DNA from: the human T2T-CHM13v2.0 reference genome, Homo sapiens
DNA length: 64,000 nt
Assembly: GCF_009914755.1 (NCBI RefSeq)
Contig: NC_060936.1
Direction: 5' to 3' (one strand)
Both the position numbers and the translations under genes were made by a program. A model generated the notes under the pieces. That model made no database searches and was not told where the DNA came from. It saw only the letters and a list, made by a program, of their open reading frames with translations. This document shows positions 52,960-64,000 of the stretch, piece after piece; the stretch's first letter is position 1; each line of letters starts with the position of its first letter.

Positions 52960-53420
52960 TAGAGATAAAAATCTATATTTGAAAAAAGAGAGGGACTTGA
53001 GTGTGTATGCTGTGGACAAATTGAGGGCTGAGATGGAGAAGTTGAAGACACAGGATGGATTAGGCAAAGGATTGATGAAACTATATATTGGAAAGGGCAA
53101 GAAAAGGGAGTGTAACTCCCAGATGGATCTGTCAACATGGGGTAGAGATGAATGCTGTTTCCATTGTAGAAATAGAAGATACAGAGAGTTATGGTGCAGG
53201 TAGATTTGTAGGTAGGAGGGCCTGAAGTTGAGGAAGATTCCATAATATGTCCTCTGTTTCTTCTATAAATTAAGAAGGGAAGCATTCTCTGAGAGTGAAG
53301 AGGAAGGAAGGTCATACATGTTATGTATATGTCTTCTCCTTCATTCATTTGCTCAAAAAAACACCTATTGAATGTTTCCATGTGCCATGTTCTGTGTTAA
53401 GACTAGAAGAAGCAACCAAA
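52960..53420 (-). mobile_element. L2 fragments
   Basis: Purine-rich antisense L2-like body, plus the TCATTCATT...TATTGAATG...ATGTGCCA 3'-end motif at ~53341. Confidence 0.5.
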
Positions 53421-53619
53421 AATGAAGTGCACAGTGGAGTCTATCAAACAACTTCAGTCACGAGTCAGCCAGGCAGCCACATGATGAAAAGGACTCTGTC
53501 ACTTCTCCACTGCAACAACTAAGTCACCACTGAGTCAAAAATAGGATCTGCTTGACTAGGTGTTGCCAGTTTGGGGAAAACATTTTCAGTTTGGTTGATG
53601 GCATCAAAATTTAAAAAAA

Positions 53620-53883
53620 GGCTTCATGTTGATACAAGTGGGTAGATATGAAACCAGGTGTTAAAATATACACATATATTTCCTTGCTCCGCATACTGCA
53701 GTGTTCATTGTTACACTCCAGCAGCAAGGATCATACCCAGCACTGAGATCGTGATTTCTAATACCTTTGCAAATTGAAGGAACCAGAGATCTGTGAAAAA
53801 GTGGCTTAATCTAGGGCTGGTTCAGGAATATACGAGAAAAGCTTGGAGTATCTTTTAGTGCCCATAAATTAGGAAGTGCTCAA

Positions 53884-53925
<42 letters not shown>

Positions 53926-54818
53926 ACACACGATGGTGATATGTCAGTTGGACACAGGAGCCAACTGAAAGAGTTCCCAATGGCTAAACAACCTAAGAAA
54001 CAAAATGAATAATGTATTAGATTATAACCCAAAGTATAAAATAAATATTCATGATCCTGTACTAATAGAAATGATTAAATAGATGGGCTAAATAGCTGTC
54101 TCTTATGTAATAAAATTCCAAATAGCTTATGTGGATATTGTCCTCCTTAAGGATGTATAGTGTAACTCGCCATTCCTTAAGTGTGGGCTACTCACAGTGG
54201 TTCCTTCCAAAGAGAGACTTGGGCAAAGTCTTCTCAGGAGAGAAATGGGCAAAGAGAAAGAGAGACTGCATTGGAGAAACCTTACAGACACTGCCTCAGC
54301 CAGATGATCAAGGTGACCATCACAATAAGTGGTGTTGATAGTATAGACCCATAATATGATGTAATTAGAATACCAGTTTGCCTATGTGGTTGTCTCCTCA
54401 AAAATCCATAACTCCATCTTATGAAAAAAGTTCAGACAAACCCATTTGAGGGATATTATAGAATATACACGACTAGCATTAAAAATGTAAAAGTCATCAA
54501 AAACAAAGTCAGAAAAAATTGTCAGTCAGGAGGAACCTGAGGAGACATAAAGACCCAAATGTATTATAACATCCTAGATAGGACCCTGGAACAAATAAAA
54601 GACAATAGATAAAAACTATATCTGAGTAAAATATTGGTTGTGTGTAATAATACGTCGCTATTGGTCCATTAGTTATAACAATTGTACTATGCTAATATAA
54701 AATGTTAATAACAGAAAAGTGAAGGGGGCTAGTGGAGGGGGCACAGTATAAGAGACTATGCTATCTTCAAAAGTCTTCTGTAAAAAGCCATCCTAAAATA
54801 GGAATTTTGTTTAAAAAA
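53620..54818 (+). mobile_element. L1MC (L1MC3/4-like) 3' UTR
   Basis: CTAGGGCTGG...AGGAAGTGCTCAAA, GGACACAGGAGCCAACTGAAAGAG and AAAGTCATCAAAAACAA blocks; A-rich end. Confidence 0.75.
53886..53931 (+). repeat. (CA)n microsatellite inside L1MC
   Basis: Read directly from the sequence. Confidence 0.97.
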
Positions 54819-54987
54819 CAAAAAATCCGCTCTGCAAATTATACACTCTTTAATTATTTTGAAGCTGCTCTTATACCAAGAGATGAAGACAAATCCGATA
54901 AGTACTATTTTGATTTGTCAAATGCCCCTTTGTAGAGGCCACGGAAGCTGATGGAGTAATATCTACTGTTGCTTTCATATCTTTCAG

Positions 54988-54999
54988 CAGAGGAATCAG
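54988..54999 (+). other. Candidate 12-nt (or 9-nt) microexon
   Basis: TGTTGCTTTCATATCTTTCAG|CAG|AGGAATCAG|GTAAAA; based on splice motifs only. Confidence 0.25.
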
Positions 55000-56496
55000 G
55001 TAAAATAGTCAACATTTTACAATGTTATTGCTTGGGGTTTAGGAAATTTCACCTCCCAGAAAGGTTCTATGTGCTTATTTTTAATTACACAATGGAATAT
55101 CTGGCAGAACATAAGACATTTTAAGCTGTAAGTAGAATGATTTTCCAGGAATTTCTGAGCATCTTAGAGCCTACATTTACCATTATCAGAGGCACCTGAG
55201 TACTGCTTCGTAAATTGCAACTTCGTTACGTTAGATAGTGTCCTATTTCCATGAGAGTGATGACAGATTCAGAAGTGCCAGGCTCCAAGGAAGTTGTTCA
55301 CTGGGAGAAAAAGACTCAATGTAAAGCATATTATTTATTATTATTGTGGTAACACCTATCATTATATAAATATAACCATTCAATAATGCCGTATTATTCA
55401 TAATAGAAGTCACAAGATTCTTATCCATTCTTCGTACTCTGGGCTTCCTATGAGTAAATGTATTTTGTTCTTTTTGCAGAATTAAGTAAACAGAATTATT
55501 TCTGCTTTGCCAAAGGATGTTGTCAAAGGCCTGCTCCTCTTCTGCCTATATATTTTTCTTTTAACATAATGTATGCCCTTGAGCAGTGATTCTCAGTCTT
55601 TCGTGTTTTACATTTTGTCACATGCTATACTGAAAAATTTGGGTCCCACTGTCATAGAATCAAACCATGTTTATAGTCATTCGATGCATATATGTTTTTA
55701 TATTTCTAATATAAATTTATACGATTTTAGCAGTAAACTATGTTAATACAGTACGTTAGAAATATTTGTGGGTGTTGAGTAAAACCAGAGAAAATAGGGG
55801 ATTTGGTAAAATATTGTCTATTTCATAATATCTGCTGACTGACATTGCAACATCTCTAAAGAGAATTTGTTTTTGAAAGGCAGAAAATAAACTATTTCAT
55901 GAGTAATAGCAGCTTAGCATTGTCTAACAGCTACAAAATCCATCAATGACATATACTTTCTCTGGAGAAAGGTGTTAGCCCTTGGGATGGTTGTAAGACA
56001 GGTTTTGTCTCATTTTCCTTAATCTACAAACTGTTGGATGTAGTTTTCCCAGTTGTATTAATTTCTCATGGAATTTGTGGAAATATACACTAAAATTACT
56101 TTAGCATTTTCAAGATTTTCAGATTTTTTTATGACCTTTTCATCAGTGTCCTATGTTAGGAGATTGTGTTGATATGTTATATTAAACTGTAAGGACCACA
56201 CAAGCAGTTTTGACACATCTGATAGAGATTCCACTGAAGTTTTACTGAGATGATTGAAACAATTTAGACAGATTTCAGTCAATTTATCAGTCAGTAGGAC
56301 TTTAAATGATGCCATTAAATGAGATTAAAATATTTCTGAATTTAATACTGCCAACTTAAAGTACTGTTAACTTTTTTTGGCTTGTTTCAATTGGAAGAAA
56401 AGAAGAGGTAGTGAATATAACACACATCTGGAACTAAGAAAACTAATTTGTAAGTCCCACCTCCTCCGCTAACCATCTGTAGTCTGTTACACTTGC

Positions 56497-56640
56497 AGTG
56501 GCTTCCAACCTTGGCTGCACATTAAAATAACATGGGAATAGGTAAAAATCCCAGTGCCCAGGTTTCACCCTAAAATAATTAAATCCACATCTCTGGGGTG
56601 AGACACAGGCATTTTATTTTTGTTTGAAATTTTCAAAGAA
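56497..56640. mobile_element. MER5A-family relic
   Basis: CAGTGGCTTCCAACCTTGGCTGCACATTAAAAT...ATTAAATC...TCTCTGGGG. Confidence 0.72.
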
Positions 56641-57199
56641 GATATCAAAATTTGCAAGGCATAATCAAATAAGGCAATTAACATACTTTAGCCTATACCT
56701 AATATTTTGCTTGTTTTTAGTTTCAAATCATCCTAGGATATTATTGATTACTCAACTGATTGACATGGTTTGGGAAATAAGGTATTTTGAAAGGAATAGT
56801 CTTCTTTTTATAAACTGTACAGGAACCTTCTATTAAATTCTGTAAATGTCATTGATCTCAAATCCATGCATCACATGTGTAAATTATATTATTTGTGTTG
56901 TGTTTGAAGTAAAGCATGATTGATAACATTTGATGTGAAAATATATGCAATGGCAGTAACGTTATCATTTCTAAAAGAACAGAACCCTTGAAGACAAAGG
57001 GTAGAAGTAATGTCAGTCCTGTTTCTACAATATTTGAGCTATGTGACCTTGAGAAAGTCATTTAAACTTTCTGATTCTTAATTCCCAGGTCTATAATTGT
57101 TATACTTTAGCTTTGCAGTTATAGATTTGTTCAGTGTTAACATCACTTGTATGAATTATAAACTTATTGTTAGTTAAACATGCTAGAAAAAGTTGAGAG

Positions 57200-57765
57200 A
57201 CAGTGAAGCATAATAGAAAGCACATGGTTTTTGGAATTGAATTTGGCTTCCCACATTAGTTGTATCTTACTAGCTGTGTGACTTTGGCATGTGACCTAAC
57301 CCAAGTTTATGTAAAATGGTTTCAATAACATGTTCCTGTCTTAGCCCATTTTGTGCTGCTGTAACAGAATACCTGACACTGGGTAACTTATAAAGAACAG
57401 AAATTTATTTCAAGAACAGTTCTAAAAGCTAGAAAGTTCAAGATTATGATATCAGTATCTGACAAGGACCTTCTTGCTGCATCATCACATGGCAGAAGGG
57501 CAAAGAAAGGGCAAGAGGGGGCCAAACTCATCCTTTCATAATGGTATCAGTCCCAGCCATGAGGGTAGAGCCCTCAGGGCCCGTTCAACTCTTCAAATTA
57601 CTACATCTTAATACTGTTACAATGGCATTTAAATTTCAACGTAAGTTTGAAGGGGACAGATACTCAAACCATAGCACTTTATTAGAAGTTGTTTTAAGAA
57701 TTTAATGAGACAATATATGTTAAGGGCCTACTGCCTGGCATATAGTAGATACTGAAGAAATGGTT
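57200..57765 (+). mobile_element. MIR split by an MST LTR
   Basis: CTTACTAGCTGTGTGACTTTGG before 57337; GTTGTTTTAAGAATTTAATGAGAC...TGCCTGGCATATAGTAG after 57676. Confidence 0.68.
57337..57676 (-). mobile_element. MST (MSTD-like) MaLR solo LTR
   Basis: TGTCTTAGCCCATTTTGTGCTGCTGTAACAGAATACC ... CAAACCATAGCA. Confidence 0.88.
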
Positions 57766-58129
57766 GTTGATAGTGATGATAATGTAATATACCACTAACA
57801 TGTTAAATGTGTTTCTGAATGCATGACCTCAGAATATATGTCAAATATATACACTGGTTCCTTTTTACAAAAGCAAGTGTTAATGAATGAGTGTAAAACT
57901 CCTTAGCTTAAAAAGTCCACTTTACACATCTATAGGTAGTGATTTGAGAAGTTCCTAGAGGACAGTTGATATGGTGTGTTAGATAACCACAGATTGGAAA
58001 TGCTAGCCCTCTGGACACTCAAACTTTAACTCTGGAAACTGGGTTACACTGGAAAGAATCTACAATAAACTGACCTTCCACGGGACACGTGGAGTATTCT
58101 AACTAATGCAGAAATCCGAAGCAGACTAG

Positions 58130-58511
<382 letters not shown>

Positions 58512-60270
58512 TATTTTTTTTTTTTTCAGAACATGTTGGCTTAGTATTCTCTGGGCAGGAGGCCATGCCAAGGAAAGTTTTTGACCTTTCAAAACCTCCC
58601 AAAGGTAATGGGAGAAGTGATAATTATTACGGAAATGTGAAGACAAGCATACTTTTTTTTCATAGATTCTTACTAAGACTCATTCAAAAAGGGATGGATT
58701 TTGAGTATTCATTTTGGTGAAGTCTCTGACCTTATTGGATAGTGATACCTCCAGGTCTTGCTTTATGTGGGGTCAATTACTGAGCCGTTGATGAATTTCA
58801 TTTATTTCTTGTTTAATAGAGTGGCACTTAAAATAAGTGGACATGTAAAAGAAAAATAGATTTGCTTGATTTGTATCTTTCAAAATGGTAGTGAAACAAT
58901 CCTGTAATTTACACGACCAGTTCTACTTCACATATATTTTAAATGTACTATGATCAACATAGTCATTACCTGGCATGTAGAATACCTATACATTTACACA
59001 TGTAAAAAATGAAGCCTCAATGTCTTTGGTTTGTGCTGGATCATTTCTTTCAGGGTATGGCATTCTCAAGTTATTTTCTAATGAGGTTTCTTTAAATTTT
59101 TCAAGTTGCTTTCACTGCGATTAATTTAATAGTGAATATGTTTATAAAAGTCTGATTCTAGAGACAGGCTCTGAACCATTATGCTATGGCCTCTTTGACT
59201 ACAAAAATCAAACGTTTTTATTTTCTAATTTGTTAAGTTAAATATTTTTCTATGTAGTGAAGCTTAACTAATTAGAGAGACCAGCAGGAATTGTAATGTC
59301 ACCAATGTAATTTACATTGAGATAAGTTTTATTCAAAAGAATGAGCTAAAATATTTTATTCTGTGAGGCTAAAAACTATAACTAGGATGAGGAACTCTTT
59401 TCTCCCAATACAAATTATAGAATTTCAAAGCAGGAAGAGCATCTTGTTTTACCCCTCTTTGTACAGATGGGAAAAAGAGCCCCAGGAGAGCACAAGATTT
59501 GCTCGTGTCTCACAGGCATTTACTGAATGGCAAAGTTGCCAGTAAAGCCCTGTAGTTTGACTCTGTCGACAGCAGAAATGTGTTCTTCTATTTCATACTT
59601 TCCAATGCGGTTCTAGAAAATGATAAGTAATTTTGAAAGTTGGTTTATTTCTTTCAGAGTAGCTAGTGCCATTTGTTGTACTTGTTATCATTAGTGCCTA
59701 CACCCATTGATTCAAAAAGGTTTGATTTAACAACTAAGTTGATCTAGGTACCAGGAATAAAACATGACTGAGGAAACAAGACATAGCCCTGGTTCTTGAC
59801 CAGTTTATACTATGAAGAAGGGGTTGGACTATGGGGATTATGTGACACTTTGAACAACGGGGAGAAAAGAGGATACTTTCCCTCTGAGTATATTTGGATT
59901 GCTTGGTTATAAAAATGTTGTGTGATTATTGTAAACTCTTATTCAGAATGTTTTTTCTCCGTTGTATAATGGGCACCATGATGACATAAATAAGCTTCTT
60001 TATAAAATTTCTGCTGTGTTTCCTACAGCTCCCTCCTATGACAAACTGAGTATTTGTGATTTAATTCTACTGGATGATTTACTTCTACTGGATATCCTTA
60101 AGATTATATTTATTTACAAATAAGTAAAAATCACTGAAGTGGGATCCCTGGGTTTGTTGTTATAAAACTTATTAATTATCTTAAATATCAGGTTTTCCTC
60201 TCTTCAGGCTCAGTCAGTAGGTCAGGGAAATGTCATGTGGGGCCATTTTCTCTTATCCCTGCCACTTTGA

Positions 60271-60467
60271 CAATGGTTGTCAAATTAGAATGTGCACACC
60301 AATCTCTCGCTAACTTGACAAATGCACATTCCTAGGTCCCAACCTTAGGATTATGACTTAATAAGCCTGGGATCCTGAATGTAGCCCACAGAAATCCACT
60401 TAGTAACACCCGTTTACAAAGAGACTCCTAATCTGCGTGGTCCAAGGCACATTTTGAGAAACACTGA
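60271..60467. mobile_element. MER5-family relic
   Basis: CAATGGTTGTCAAA...AAATGCACATTCCTAGGTCCC...TTTGAGAAACACTG. Confidence 0.6.
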
Positions 60468-61289
60468 CTGTGCTATGTTCTTTTCTGGAGACAGACAGGG
60501 ACTCATGTCTCCCTCCTTGGCAACAGCTATTCTTTCATGGGTAATTCCTATGTACTATTTGAATATCAAAATATTTATATCTCCCTAAGAATGGGGAGAC
60601 ACAACGTATTTGCCCCATAAGGGTAAATTGCAAACAAATTGCTCCAGTGCTTCAGAAAGGACTGGTTATTCATTCCTGGGACTGCTTTATAAAGAGAGAT
60701 CTTCTCAATATTCAAATGTATTACAGGCATAGAAAATTTTTTGCATGAATATATAAAGACTAAGAATCAGTTCTGTTTTTTACAGCCTGAGAGGACATAT
60801 TTTGAAAGCTTTCTAATCCTTGCTATGACAATGACTGAACTTTTAGAGGGCTCAGAGTTAGAGCTTCAAAGATATTTAATAATGGAGAAAAAAAAAAGAT
60901 TCATTTGGGAGAAGATCTCCAAGTATAACCAAATTTATCCCTTTACCTGTGGCTAATAAAATAACTGAATTCAAAAAGAAAGCAAAAGCAATATATATTT
61001 TGAATAGAAGACTGCTTTTTAAAATTATGTAAACTATTCTGTCATTAAAAAAAAGCCTTCCTAGTGTTGGATTGGAGTATTTCCATATTTGGAAACCAAG
61101 ATTAATAGATGTTTCAGATCCGAAGTGTTTGTTCTTCCATCTTTTTTTCCCCCTTTTGCATGTAAAAGAGAATGGTGACCAATTTTTTTGGTAAAAGAGT
61201 TAATAAATCACTTAATAATGGATTTAAATGAACAGAGGCATAATCAGATTTTTTTAAAAAAGACTTTTATTTAATTCTCCAGACGCAAC

Positions 61290-61480
61290 ACTTAGATAGA
61301 ACTTTCTGTACTGATGGATTTTTTTATAGCTATGTTGTTGAATCTGGTAGCCACAGTCACATGTGGTTATTGCATCCATGAAGTGTAACTAGTGTAACTG
61401 AGGAATTGAATTTTTTAAAATTTGATTTCATTTCATTTAATTGAAATTGCTACATGTGGCAGATAGTCATTGTATTGATC
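61290..61480. mobile_element. MER3-like hAT-Charlie relic
   Basis: GGTAGCCACAGTCACATGTGGTTATTG...TAGTGTAACTGAGGAATTGAATTTT...CTACATGTGGC. Confidence 0.7.
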
Positions 61481-62384
61481 TGTGTTGCTAAAGAAGATTG
61501 TGTAAAATGGTTTTCATAACTTTAGGGGTAGCAGTTGGCATTTTTATGAGACTAGGAAGTATATGATTATGTAGTGTTGTAGTTTATGTGACTAAATGTG
61601 GCTCCTTATGGAGGAGTTCTTTAACTTTGCCATACTTATAAAGATAGTTATTATTTATTCTCTCTACTTATATTTTGAAAGTCCCTCTCTTAAAGCAAGT
61701 AGATATCATGGAGTGAGTCTGGAAACTCCTGTTACAGAACACCAGGAGTGGCCAAATTATGACTGGTGCCCCCTGGAGTTGTGCACACAGAGTCTGTGGC
61801 TACCCCTATAAGCTGAGTCACATCTCAAGGCAATGTCATATTCACTTTTATGTCTACAATGCTTGGTATGGAATTGATTACTGACAAATCTTTGTTAAGT
61901 AAGGAATATATATCTCAATTTTGATATCCGCAATAATAAAGGATAGTGAATAAAAAATATTTTACTATGTGCTCATAGAACACATTGTATGAATTTGCCC
62001 TTTGATGTATATATTCATTAAGTTCTACATTTATGAAGTACGCTTTGTGGAAAGTATTAATTTAAGTATTTAATACGAATATAATTCAGACACAGTATGT
62101 CTACTGCTGATTAATGAAGAAGGGAATGTAAAAATATGTGCTGCATCATAAAGTAACTGCACTAATGAACATATGTGCAAGATGTAGTTCCCAATAGCAA
62201 AGGAAGAGAAAGGGATTTTTGTTTGGTTGATTGATTTTCTCAGTCCTGTGGCAGAACAAAAAAGGCACATCAGAGAAGGAAGGCTGCCATCAGGGAAATG
62301 ACTTTTGAGGCGGGTTTTGGAAGATGAGCTGGAGCTAGCAGAGGGGTGGTGAGGAAAGTAAGGCCTGTGCTGCTCCAGGTACTT

Positions 62385-62575
62385 TGCTAAGGGACATCAT
62401 CTCACATCGGTTTTCTCCATACTCCTCCAACGTAGATGTCCTTAATCCTCATTTCAATGATGATGCAGCTGATTCGGATTTAAAGAAGTTTGCCTAAGGT
62501 GACATCGCTATTCAGTGAGGGTACTAAGCTTTGAACCTAGGTATGTTTAACGCTAAAGCCTGTGAATTGCACCAT
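62385..62575 (-). mobile_element. MIR
   Basis: AAGTTTGCCTAAGGTGACATCGCTA...TTTGAACCTAGGT antisense MIR core. Confidence 0.6.
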
Positions 62576-64000
62576 AGTCATTGGTATCAGTAATGAAAAA
62601 TCCAACGTGTTTGGTGAAATTCAAGTAGTGTAGTATCGCCAAGCACATGATACAAAGAGAAGCAACTGAAGTGCTGGAATGGAGGCATGTGATAATAAAA
62701 AACCATCTATGCCATGACAAATACACTGGACTTTTTTCTGTAAGTAATGTGGAGCCCTGGGTGGGTTAGTTTTAGGCTGGCAATGACATCATGATTCCTA
62801 AAGAAATTCAGGAGCTAAAATCAACAGCATATTTAGCTAATTATTTGACTTGAATTTCCATTCAAATTGGCTTTATTTTTTCCTGAATACGCAGTTGCTT
62901 AGAAGTGCTTGAGTTCCATCCTGGTGCGTGCTGGCTATCAACCAACATAGGAGTAAAAATTCACCATGAGTAGTCAGCCAAAAGACACATGCAGATGCTT
63001 AGGAAAATAAATTATAAATATTTCTTATGTCTGCCAGTAGAATGAGAAGATTTTGCTATATTGTGTTTTTTGATAGTTGGCTTGTTTTACTGTATGCTTA
63101 TGAAAACATAAAGTAGCAGGACAACAGATCACATTGCCAAATGATTTCTAGGATTTGGCCCAAGGTTTGATGATCCCTCTGCCGCTTCTTGGCTTTGTAT
63201 GCTCAGAAGCACCCACCATCAGCTGTCAGCCCTGTGGCAAAAGGAGGAATGGGGTCAGAGTCAGGCAAACAGAAGCCAGAGCCAAGTGTTGTTCTGAGAA
63301 ATACTAGCATCTGTTTAGTGCAGTGAGTTCTCTGCTTTGTACTTGGCAACCCACTTGGGACTCATGCTGCAAAGGGGGCTGATGATTTAAAACTGAGGGA
63401 GGAGATCCAGAGGGGAGACCTTGGCTCATGAAACATCCTCTTCACCTCTGTGATGGGCCGTTCTTCATGTCCTACAGTTTGAACTAAAGAATGGCCTCGG
63501 CTTCTCCTGTGGATGTAAACATATTTTGTTGCAAGTGCCATTCGTTTTATTTGTTGTATACCTTTTCCTTCAAATATATTCCTGGCTAAACTCCTGGCTG
63601 TCTCTCCTGGAGTGTTTTTTTTTTTTTGTATTCTTGGGGTTGTAAGAATCAGGTTCATGTGGAGGTGTCTAGAAACAGGCTGGCTGGACAGGAAGGAAAT
63701 AGGTGGATATAGTTTTAAATTTATACACATCTTTTGGAGCCAGGAACTTCTACACAATCTAGCTTCTATGAGATAAAATTTGTGGTACGAAAGAGGAGTG
63801 GTAACATGAATAATAAGAGATTTTTTTTAAGTCTAGAAAACCTTAGATGTTGGGAGTGTAATCAAGCATTTTAGCCAGTCATTTTGAAAGGTAAGTGAGT
63901 TTAAATGAATTGAATACTCAGTTGTGAATTAGTGATACTGAACATGTACACTGTCTTATCAGTGTGTTTCATAGTGATTGGTAATGCCCAGATTTCCAAT

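Noticed and set aside
50447-53522. Overlapping ORFs near 50.5 kb and 53 kb
   Set aside because: They lie within decayed L2-like sequence with strand-skewed composition.
63362-63757. 131-aa minus-strand ORF
   Set aside because: Non-ATG start, crosses a T homopolymer, no recognisable domain or splice context.

Overview
AT-rich primate genomic DNA, almost certainly human because it carries a consensus-perfect AluYa5. It reads as the interior of a large gene with very long introns, probably transcribed on the + strand: 8 of the 9 LTRs I can orient lie antisense, and the best splice-site-bounded segment is on +. That segment is a 28-nt candidate exon at 9272-9299 (PSPPVPVTK or HHRLSQLLK depending on phase); I cannot name the host gene. 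The rest is typical intronic repeat content: 15 Alus (J, S, Y, Ya5), MaLR/ERV1 solo LTRs, MER2/MER3/MER5 DNA-transposon relics, L1M, L2, MIR and microsatellites. None of the supplied ORFs is a credible stand-alone gene, and I find no convincing evidence of a novel biological system. The most notable observations are a 100-nt nested hairpin (1084-1183), a strong CTCF motif, an inverted Alu pair bracketing the 28-nt exon, an old ~320-bp local duplication, a fold-back inversion inside an AluJ, a candidate phase-compatible internal first exon (~22.1 kb), an SRRM4-type microexon candidate with a NAGNAG acceptor (~55.0 kb) and a young, possibly polymorphic AluYa5. Repeat subfamily names and the boundaries of old repeats are by-eye estimates.
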